Assembly (NCBI RefSeq): GCF_036321535.1
Contig: NC_087449.1
Coordinates: 55,614,001-55,678,000 of the forward strand
Reading direction: 5' to 3'
Length of the DNA: 64,000 bases
Source: Camelus dromedarius
Taxonomy: Eukaryota
In this document: positions 1 to 9,180 of the stretch, one piece after another
How the letters are laid out: the number at the start of each line of letters is the position of its first letter
Numbering within the stretch: position 1 is the first letter of the stretch
Translations under genes and position numbers: made by a program
The notes under the pieces: model-generated
Told to the model about the DNA's origin: nothing
The model's input: the letters and a program-made list of their open reading frames with translations, nothing else
The model's database searches: none

Positions 1-615
1 TCCTGGGGCTGGTGCGCTGCCTCCTCAGCCGTGAGCCAGCCCAGAGTGAGGACACAGCCCACTCCCCCCTCTGCCACTGCCCTCCCTTCTATAAGCTTCC
101 CCTTCAAGACCCTGCTGCCCCATGCTTCCTGGCTCCCCTGCCTGGTGCTACTACTCCCTGGCGCGGGGTGACCTGCGCAGAGTCACTAGACTTGTCAGAG
201 TCTCAGTTTTCTCACCTGTAACATGAGCCCCAAAATGCCTGTTCTGCCTGTTATTGTAACAGTGACAAAGCTGAACATCCTAAGAGCCGTACCTTCCAGT
301 CAGTTACTCCACATCCCTTTCCAGAGAGATCCCAGTGTTAGTGTTAGTTTTCAAATGAAAAAATGAGGCCCAGAGAACTCAAGGAACTTACTCAGTTACT
401 CAAGGAACACACAGTAAATGGGATGGATCGGGGCAGGATTCCTATCTGGGCAGTTCCATTGTGGTATCAGATCTAAGAGCACTTGAGACACACGAGTGCC
501 CAGGGGGTGCCAGGTGAGGAAGGGCAGCAACACAGCCTCAGACCCTCCTATCCCAGCACCACTCCCTGGGGGGTGCCGAGTACTGCAGGAGATCCCGACT
601 GGCTGGAGATGGGGG

Positions 616-803
616 CAGCAATTCCTAAGAGTGAATGTGTCTCAGAATCACCCTGAGGGTTTGATCAAACCAAAATTTCTGGGCCCCCAGCCCCAGGGTT
701 TTTGGTTCAGAAGGTCTCGGGCGGGGCCTGAGAATCCGCATTTCCAACAGCTCCCAGGAGCTGTGGCTGCTGCTGGTCCTGGACTACGTTGTGAGAACCA
801 CAG
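616..803 (-). mobile_element. MER5A-like hAT-Charlie MITE
   Basis: CAGAATCACC...CTGGGCCCC...GCTGCTGGTCC...TGAGAACCAC matches the recalled MER5A consensus in reverse orientation. Confidence 0.75.
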
Positions 804-1239
804 TTCTGGAGGCTGGGGGCAGGATGATACTGGGGAAGGGGTGCAGAATTTGTCCCCAGACTGACCAGGTTCAAGTCTTGCTTTGCTGGGGGACCTCGGG
901 CAATCTGCCTTACTGCACTGACCCTCGTTTTCCTCGCCTGTAAAATGGGGATGTGGATATGGCCCACTCACTGGAGGGTCTCTGGGAGCATTATAAGGTT
1001 ATTATGCTAGCAGAGGGCATCATGATGCCTGCAGGTCCCAGTGATGTTCAGGGAAAAATAGTGGTTGATAGGCTGTTAGGAGCTCTGTTGCCTCAGGCTG
1101 GTAATTTTCCTTCTCTGAGCCTCAGTTTTCTCACCTGTCAAAATGCTGGGTACTAGTTCCCCACTCTGCCCACCAAGGCCCTGGCCCCAGCTCCAGCCCC
1201 TGGCCCAGCTCCCTCACCCTCCCTGCTCCTTGCACTCAC

Positions 1240-1402
1240 GGGGTTTCCCGGTCTCCACCTCCATGGCCTGGCTGAAGCGGCCGCAGCCTGCCGAGGTGCG
1301 GGCTCGGACCTGGAACACGTAGCGGGTGCCCGGTTTGAGGCCCGAGACGGTGGCCCTGGTGGTGACAGCCTTGAGGGTGGAGTAGCTCTGCATCTCCTTG
1401 TC
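1240..1402 (-). CDS. EPHA8: EPHA8 exon 7 (163 nt), C-terminal half of the second FN3 repeat
   Basis: Translates DKEMQSYSTLKAVTTRATVSGLKPGTRYVFQVRARTSAGCGRFSQAMEVETGKP. Acceptor GGGCAG| at 1404-1403, donor |GTGAGT at 1239. Confidence 0.97.
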
Positions 1403-1477
1403 CTGCCCAGGGGAGAGGTGGTCAGCCAAGGGTCCTCGGCCTGGCTCCCGCCCTCTTCCTCCCCTCTCCGCGGGTAC

Positions 1478-1602
1478 CTTCTCGTAGTACTTGACCTCGT
1501 ACTCCAGGATGATGCCATTGGGCTGCTCCGGCTCCTGCCACAGCAGCGAGACGCTGGTCTGCCCTGCCCGCTCCTGGCGGATCACCACCACCTGGGACGG
1601 GG
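1478..1602 (-). CDS. EPHA8: EPHA8 exon 6 (125 nt), N-terminal half of the second FN3 repeat
   Basis: Translates (A)PSQVVVIRQERAGQTSVSLLWQEPEQPNGIILEYEVKYYEK. Acceptor CTCTAG|, weak donor AAG|GTACCC. Phase matches exons 5 and 7. Confidence 0.97.
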
Positions 1603-2904
1603 CTAGAGGAGGGAGGTCAGATCAACAGGGTGAATGGGTGACAATGGGGACTGGCCTGTGTCCGTCCCTTCCCCAGGCCCTGCCTAGGGATCCTGGCTGG
1701 AGCCTTCCTCACCTTGCAAACTGTCCTGCCACTGGTCCAGGAGAGCCAGTACCCTCCACTCCTCCTGGCAAATCACTGGCCACCATCCTGGTCAGTCACC
1801 TGGGGTCGGCACAGCCTGGTTCCAGTCTGGGATGCTGGGGCTGGCTTGACCCAGATGAAGCCTGACCACCCCAGCCTTCACTGCCTCCTCCCCTCTGGAC
1901 AAGCTCATCCACTCAAAGCACGTGGACCCCGCCAGCCCCATCAAGCAGCCGCTCTTGTCCACCCTGGGGCCCCCTCACCTGATGTCTCAGTCTCCACTTC
2001 GCCCGCCCCCCGCCCAGGGCCCGGTGTGGGGAGGCTCTCAGCAATGCTCAAGGAAGGAGGAAGCAAAGGAGAAGGGAGGGGAAGAATCAAGGGAACCAGC
2101 ACCCTCACTGCCTGCATTTGGATGGTATGACTGGGCAGCTCTGGATACTCAACCCGCAGCCCATTCGAGCTCAAGCATTCTCACCGTCACACCAGGTCAC
2201 CCTCGCTACGTTACTCACTCCCTTATCCACCCATTCCCACCCTCCCTCCTGCATTCAGTGCAATCACCCCTGAGGTGAGTCGGCTGGGAAGTGTCAGATA
2301 TAGATCAGCCGCAGCCAAAATGAAGGAAGTACCCACGAAGCTACAACCCTGTCCTCCCTGTCCTCTCCAGCCCGCAGGCCTCCTCTTCCCCCTCTGCTAT
2401 ACCTCCTGCGTCCCCCACCTGCCCCACTGGCTAGCTCTGGCCTCACAACTGGGTATCCTGTCTCCCTGGCACACCTGGGAGCTCCCAGAGGCAGAGACTG
2501 CACACAGTAGGTGCCCAATAAATGTTGCTGGATAAGGTTGACTTGAAAAATTAAGAAGCAACTCCAGAGTTAAGTTGAAGGGTGTGGTACAGGGGAGACC
2601 CCACCCACCTGGGAATCAGGTCTGGAGTTACAAGTCAGCTGGGACCGTTACCGGCCCCGGGCAGGTTCCCCATGCAGAAGGTGAAGCCAGTGAGCACCAG
2701 CTGCCAGGCTGAGGTGAGGTCAGAGAAGACCACTGAACGTGAGGAACACACACCAGTGCCAGGAAACATGGGTGCCTCTTAAAAACCAAAGAATTCTCAA
2801 GGCAAAAGGTGCTGCATGAGCGGGAGACACAGAGGGAGACTGGGGCTCAGAGGCAGGAGGGAAATAGGCACCAGAGAGGGCCCCGGGGAGGAGGTGGTGT
2901 AGAG

Positions 2905-3186
2905 AAGGGTAGATGGAGCCTTTGGGACATAATCAGGTCTAGATGGGGGCCCTCGTGATGGCATTACAGCCTTTCTAAGAAGAGACACCAGGAAGTTCTC
3001 TCTCTCTCTGCTTTGTGGACACAGCAAGAAGGTAGCTGTCTATGAGCCAGGAAGAGGTTCTCACCAGGAGCCAAATTGGCCAGTACCCTGATCTTGCACT
3101 TCAGGCCTCCAGAACTGAGAGAAATAAATGTCTGAGGGGTAAGCCCCAGTCTGTGGTATTTTGTTACAGAAGCCTGAGCTAAGACA
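2905..3186 (+). mobile_element. MLT1-type MaLR solo-LTR fragment
   Basis: GAGCCAGGAAGAGG...CCCTGATCTTGCACTT...CCTCCAGAACTGAGAGAAATAAAT...GTGGTATTTTGTTA...GCTAAGACA is the typical MLT1 3' end. Confidence 0.8.
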
Positions 3187-4194
3187 GGCGGAGTGTGAGT
3201 GGGTGTTGGGGGTGGTCCGAGGGTGGAGAGGGTCACGCTGAAGGGAGACCCAGGGGGACTGGCTGGCAGGTGGATGTGGCAGAGGGAGGGGCAGCCAAGG
3301 ATGACGACTGGGGCTGGGGCTGGGGTAACCCCACGAACAGTGCTGCCATGTCCTGAGATGGGGGCCAGGGAGGGGCGGGTTGGGGGCTGCTGTTTGTCTA
3401 AAACACACCGGAGTGGAGATGGGTGTGGGCAGCTGGACCTCAGGGCAGAGGCCTGTGCTGGTGTCACACTTGGGGGACATCAGAATGGGGGGTGGGATTC
3501 AAAGCCGTGGGCCCTGATAAGGTTACTGAGAAAAGATGGAGCTGGGTGAGTAGGAAAGAGAGGAGGGTCCTGGACCAGTCTGGGGTCCTCCAGCTGTTGG
3601 AAGTTTGTGTAGAGAGGAGGGTTGGAAAGATGGAGAAGGACAGGCCAGACAGGTGGATGGAAAATGGGGGGTGGGCCGGGGTGTGGAAGGCAAGAGAAAA
3701 GTGTCCCAAGCAGGAGAAGAACAGGGGCAGCAGTGCCCACTGTGAGCTGCATTTCTGGGGACAGGTGGGGAAAGGCACCCGCCTGGAGGTGCCTGAAGAG
3801 ATCCACAGAGGAGAGGATGCAGATGTGTGAGCGAGACAGCTCTTTCAGGAAGCTTCCACGTGAAGAGAAGTGGTCCAGTGGCTGGAAGGGCTCGTGGGCT
3901 CCCGGGAGGCTGTTGTTTATAATGATGGGGCACGCTGAGCAGTGTGAACGCTGCAGGTTCTCCGCCCCCCTCCACCCCCCACCAGCCGGCCACCTGCCTC
4001 CGCCGCCCCAGAGACACGCGGGCAGGGGCAGGGCCTGGCACCGCACACGTGGGCCTACTCCTCGCTGTGTCGCCAGCACCGAGCAGACAGCCCGGCATCT
4101 CACGGGTGCACCACAGATGCTGGTGGAATGAGGGTCACTTGCGAGGTTGAAGCCCTGGCCGTCAGGGATGGGGTGCCCTGGGTTCAGGGTTGGG

Positions 4195-4310
4195 AAGCCT
4201 CTCTCACTGGGGAGTGAGACAGACCTGGGTTCGAATCCTGACTCTGCCACTTCTATGCGTTGACCCTGGGTGGCTCTGTGCCTCAGTTCCCTCCTCTGTG
4301 ACATGGAGGG
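4195..4310 (+). mobile_element. MIR fragment with an intact B-box
   Basis: GACCTGGGTTCGAATCCTGACTCTGCCACTT...CCTCAGTTCCC matches the MIR tRNA-like and core region. Confidence 0.8.
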
Positions 4311-4619
4311 AACAGAGTCTCGGGGCCAGGCCTGTGTGGTGTTGGGAGGAGACGGGGGTTGGGGTGGGGATGGGAAAGAGCCACAAGGCACACGCCTGGG
4401 GGCTTTAACGGGGAAGCTGCTGCCGTGGGCTCTGGGGTCAGGCTGCCACTTGACAGGCAGGACCCACTGGAATTTGGAGAGAAAGGGGCTAAATTCAGCC
4501 CAACAACTGACTAGAAACAGAGAGATAAATGGCTGTTGTCCAAACCAGTGAGACCAAATCCATCCCGGGGCAGCAGTGGCAGCTGTTCTGGAAAATGATA
4601 ATCAGGGTGATTTTATTCT

Positions 4620-4790
4620 TTAATGACATTTATTGAGCACAGACCACGGGCCAGGTGCCGGGCTAAGCATTTCCATTTCCTTCATTTAAGCCTTGTGACA
4701 ATAACCGAGCAGGTATGATTATTTTTATTGCACCAGGGAGGAAACAGAGGCAGAGAAAGTTCCAGAACCCAGGCCTAGGATGGCCACGCT
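4620..4790 (-). mobile_element. MIR 3' half, sense to EPHA8
   Basis: CATTTATTGAGCAC...CCAGGTGCCGGGCTAAGCATTT...GAGGAAACAGAGGCAGAGA is the reverse-complement MIR tail. Confidence 0.75.
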
Positions 4791-4995
4791 AGCCTGCCTC
4801 TGTGCTCTTTGGATTCCTCCCACTTACGGGACATGTACCACTCTTCTAAGGGTGAGAAGAGCCCTGAGCTCCGAGTCCTGGTGAGGAGGCAGGGCCCTGA
4901 GAGGCAGGCACTTGCCCAAAGGCCACAGCAAATCCATACTCTGATGCCGGGGAGGGTGAGGGGCCAGGAAGCTGAGGACGGGTGTCTCCGCCTAC

Positions 4996-5331
4996 CTGCC
5001 TGGTTCGTGGTGATGTTGACCACGGCGGCCCGGCGGGGCTCGGGACTCAGGTCAGACACGCCGTTGACGGCTTCTATCCAGAAGGAATAGTTCATGTGGG
5101 CCAACAGGTTGGCTACCAGCAGGCTGGCCTGCACCAGGCTGGTCTGCTGGGGCACGAAGCGGGTGCTGCTCCCGCATGTCTCGCAGTGACCCAAGGCCCA
5201 GGGGCAGCGGCGGCACACAGCGTTGTAGGTGATGTCACTGCGGCCGCCATGGTCCAGCGGAGGGGCCCACTCCAGGGTCACAGATGTTCCATTCACACTG
5301 GAGATCAGATTCACTGGTGCCGAGGGTGGCC
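4996..5331 (-). CDS. EPHA8: EPHA8 exon 5 (336 nt), first FN3 repeat
   Basis: Translates (R)PPSAPVNLISSVNGTSVTLEWAPPLDHGGRSDITYNAVC...AAVVNITTNQA. Acceptor CCTCAG|, donor CAG|GTAGGC. Confidence 0.97.
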
Positions 5332-6268
5332 CTGAGGGACACAGAATGACAGAAGGGATGGAGGATACTTATTTGGGCTGGTCTAGTCTCCTTCCATCAG
5401 ATCAGGGAAGGGCTGTGGTTCCCCCATAATGTTTGGGGCTCCCTAAGGATAAGGTCACACCCACTGCATCCTCCGGAAGCTCCCCGAGGGCAGAGGCAGT
5501 TTCTCTGCCATCAGACCAGGACCACGGTGTCAGGGCTGGGCACAGAAACCACCCTGCTCCCCATGCAGAGACCCCTTGGTTTGTGCTTCACAAAATTTTC
5601 ATCCAGAGCTGGGGAGGGACTGCCCACAGCAGCCACCCTGGGTGTGAGATGCCCAGTCATCTGCATCCCACACTCCACTCTAACACCCTGGCTGGATTTA
5701 CTGTAAATGACTCCGAACACTGTGGTGGGGAAAAGCAGAGCCCTGCACGCCAAGCGGCCCCCTCCCCCACGGATGGGAGCCCCAGTCTGGGCAGCACAAG
5801 GACACTGGAGAGAGGGGCGGGGCTGTGGGCTGGGAGCTGGGGTAACATTCCGGGGGTGGGGATTTGAGCCAGGAGGGCATGGGGGATGATGGAGACCCCT
5901 GAGGCTCAGAATTCCAACTCTCAGAATCCCAAGCAGGGAATCTTAGATCTTAAGAAAACAGAATTGGAGAATCTCAGAATCACAGAGAACCGTAGACTCT
6001 GAAGGATATGGAATACTAAAAGCCCAGCCTTTTACAGTCTTAACATTCCTAGAACTGGAGGGCACTGGTTGTGAATTTGGAAAGAAACTGGAATCCAGCC
6101 AACTGAGGACAAGTGTCCACGACCCAGAGCTGGGCTCACCCAGCCTGGGGAGCCCACAGCAGTCCCTGTGCCCCTCAGCCATCCTTTCTGCCCCAGCAGG
6201 CCCCACCTGGGGCACACTCATGGGTCTGGGCGGAACTGCAGAGGGAAGGAGAGAGGGAAGGGGTGGGT

Positions 6269-6270
<2 letters not shown>

Positions 6271-6301
<31 letters not shown>
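6271..6301. repeat. (GT)15 microsatellite
   Basis: Directly visible. Confidence 0.98.
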
Positions 6302-6302
<1 letters not shown>

Positions 6303-7418
6303 CGTGGGCCCTCACCTGCCATGTGCAGGGAGTCTGGGGCTGGGTGGTGATGGAGGTTGGGGGAGGGGGAGATGGAGATCAGGTTGGGGTAAATTCTAGG
6401 GAAAAATCGGCCACCCCAAGAGCTCAGGGCTGGTGAACAGGGTGGGCTGAGCTGGCTGCCACTCCTCCCCAGCTGGGATGGGAGTGTGAGAGGCCCCTTC
6501 AGGCCAGGGGAGGGAAAGCAATGGAGGAGCCGCATCAGCAGAACGCCAAGACAGTCACGCAGCCCTGCAGGCCCGGCACCAGAGTCCCTCAGAGTCCCCT
6601 CAGGTATAGGGCACACGCACACGCTATTGCACCCTCTCCAGGCATACGCCTCCCTTGTAGGGCCAGGTGCGCACACGCTGAGCTCACAAGACATGCTCGT
6701 ACAAGCTCCATGGGGACTTAGGAGTCCACTACAGGTACCCAGATGTACACACACACGTGTGCACACATCCCTCTAAGAACACTTTGCATATATGGGCACA
6801 AGCACTTAAACACTCACACGCAGGCATATAAACACTATGCAGGCATCTTCTGTAGGAGCAGTGACTGATGGACACACAGTCATGATCGCTGTAGGCCTCC
6901 CAGGGCACACAGAGAACCACAAACTCAGCAGCCACACACACTCCCTATACACAATCATGCACACACCTACACACACTAAAGCAGCTCCCAGCATTCAGCA
7001 GCAACTACCAGTTTATCAAGGATGATGGTGATAGGGGGTTCCTCTGATACCACCCTGGCTCGCCCACCCCAGTCCCCAGGATGCTGGCATCACCACTGGG
7101 TCAGAAGATGACCAAAGCCACGCGGTGCTGGGAAGAGCTGAGTCCAGGTCTCGTCTGCCCTCTGGAGCAAAGAGGAGAGACCAAGGAAGGAAAGGAAAGA
7201 TTTTCCTGAAGAGATGGCAGGTGACCTACGACAAGAGGTTGGGAGCCCAGAGATTGTTGAGGGGTCAGAGTGACCCCTCGCCCCAGACTGGCCCCTGGCC
7301 CAAGAGAGCCACCTGTCTCTGCCTCATCCACAGAGACCTGGCTCCCTGGGGCCTGTGGGACCGAGCATGGGGTCCTGGTCCAGTTTCCAAGGTTCCGGGG
7401 TCATGGGCTGGTACTCAC

Positions 7419-7574
7419 GGGTGCAGGCTGCAGACGGTGGGTCCAGGGCTGCGCGGTAGTAGCTGAGGTCACAACGGCAGGTCTGGGCAGCAGGGGCTGC
7501 AGAGTGGCTGTGTGGAGGGCAGCGGGCGCAGAGCTGGTCCCCGGGGGCCGACTTGTAGAAGCCCAGCTCACAGG
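7419..7574 (-). CDS. EPHA8: EPHA8 exon 4 (156 nt), EGF-like Cys-rich segment
   Basis: Translates (A)CELGFYKSAPGDQLCARCPPHSHSAAPAAQTCRCDLSYYRAALDPPSAACT. Acceptor CCACAG|, donor |GTGAGT. Not called by the ORF track because it has no ATG in frame. Confidence 0.96.
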
Positions 7575-8039
7575 CTGTGGAGGAGAAGGCGGCTTCAGGT
7601 GAGCCAGCCAGGCGACCCTGACGGGCCTCAGGGACCCCCTCGCTCTGACCCAGGGCTTCCTGGAGTGTCCCCCAAGGGACAGGTGCAGACCTTCGTCATC
7701 ACCTGTTCCTCCCCCGTCACAGATGGAGGGACTGAAGTACAGAGAGGGCCTGTGACTTCCACAGGGATGCACAGCAAGTCTGGGGCAGAGCTGAGGCTGG
7801 GCCCTGATACCTGAGTCGCAGCCCCAAAGTTGGCTGAGGGAGGAGCCGTTCCAAATCCCCCTGGCCTTGCCTCCAACGGCCCCTCCTTGATCACGACACC
7901 AGCCTCAGGGGCGAGGGTCAAGACTAAGAATACAAGGGGGCCAAACCCCCAGGGATGTGATTTGGGTGGAACGTGAAAGCCAGACAGGGCAAGGGTGTGG
8001 GTGGGAATGTCACTGGAAAAGAGACATGTGTGTTGAGAC

Positions 8040-8180
8040 CAGTGGTTCTCAGACACAGGCAGCAGTGGAACCATCCTTATAAAAATGCAGATCGTGGCCC
8101 TATAGCCACCACTGAGTTAGAAGAGCGGAGGCGGGGCCTGGGAATCTGTGTGGTACAAGCTCCTCGAACAATGCTGACGG
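8040..8180 (+). mobile_element. MER5-family MITE remnant
   Basis: Starts CAGTGGTTCTCA and contains AAATGCAGAT and GGGGCCTGGGAATCTGTGT, all MER5-like. Confidence 0.5.
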
Positions 8181-8359
8181 TCCAGGAATCACAGGCCCTT
8201 GACCCTCCCAGACCCCACATCACTGTCACTGCGGCTGGGACTGACTTGTCTCGCATCTGAGCGTCTCTCCTGCCACACACACCTCTCCCCTGCATGACCA
8301 CAGCTGCCTCCAAACCCGGCCTCCAGCCCTGCCTCTCCAGCCCCACTGCCGGCTAGGTC

Positions 8360-8977
8360 GGCATTCATTCAGCCAGTATCTACGAGCACCTGCTCTGTGC
8401 CCGGCTCTGATCTGGGCACTGGAGACACAGCCATGAATAAGGTCCCCATGGTCTCTGCCCTCAGGAAGCTGGCATTTTTCAAGGGGGCAGGGGTAGACAC
8501 AGTAAACAAGGCTGTGATCATTTCCAGAAGGCAAAAAGCAGAGAATGTGGCAAAGGGTAAAAGGTGGGAGGATCCACCTTCCCCAGAAAGGTATTTGAGC
8601 TGTGGCCTAAAGGCTAAGAACGAGTCAGCCATGCAGAGAGTGGAGATGCTGTAGGTTGAAGGATTCTCCAAAATGACATGGCCAGCCTAAATCTGCACAG
8701 GCTCCCCATGGCCTCAACAATAAGCCTGGCATTCAAAGACTCCCCAAGCCTCTTTCACTGCCACCTCTCACTCCCTCTCCTTCAAGCCAAACTAAAGGAC
8801 CAGACATTCCCCCCACCCAGGGGGTTGTTTCCTGCCTCAGGACCTTTGCATATACTGTGACTTCTTCCTAGGATAACTTTTTTCCTTTGTCACACTGTCA
8901 AGTTCTTTCAAGATTCATTCTAACTGTCTCTTTGATGAAGACTTTCTGGAGTTCTCCACACCTCCACACGTATACAC

Positions 8978-9017
<40 letters not shown>

Positions 9018-9180
9018 AGCAACCACTCCCCTCCCTGTTTCTGCAGCCTCTGCTCAGTCTCACCACCTGCAACACTATGGCTGTACTTTTTCATCTATGT
9101 GCCTGGCTCTCCTTGTGGGTAGATCCTTGTGAACAGGGCAGGGCCGTCTTATTCATCTCAAAGTTTCTACTGTCTGGCCC
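8360..9180. mobile_element. Two L2 fragments in opposite orientation
   Basis: CATTCATTCAGCCAGTATCTACGAGCACCTGCTCTGTGCC...GGGCACTGGAGACACAGC (minus), then a pyrimidine-rich L2 3' region (plus). Confidence 0.6.
8979..9015. repeat. (AC)18 microsatellite
   Basis: Directly visible. Confidence 0.97.

Noticed and set aside
1-1239. EPHA8 exon 8 (juxtamembrane/TM)
   Set aside because: No RPRYDTRTIVWI-like coding sequence was found, so it must lie left of the window.
3480-4391. 303-aa minus-strand ORF in intron 5, the longest in the track
   Set aside because: Starts at a non-ATG codon, its N-terminal part is MIR translation (RELRHRATQGQRIEVAESGFEP), it is Pro/Ser-rich with no recognisable domain, and long chance ORFs are expected at this GC content.
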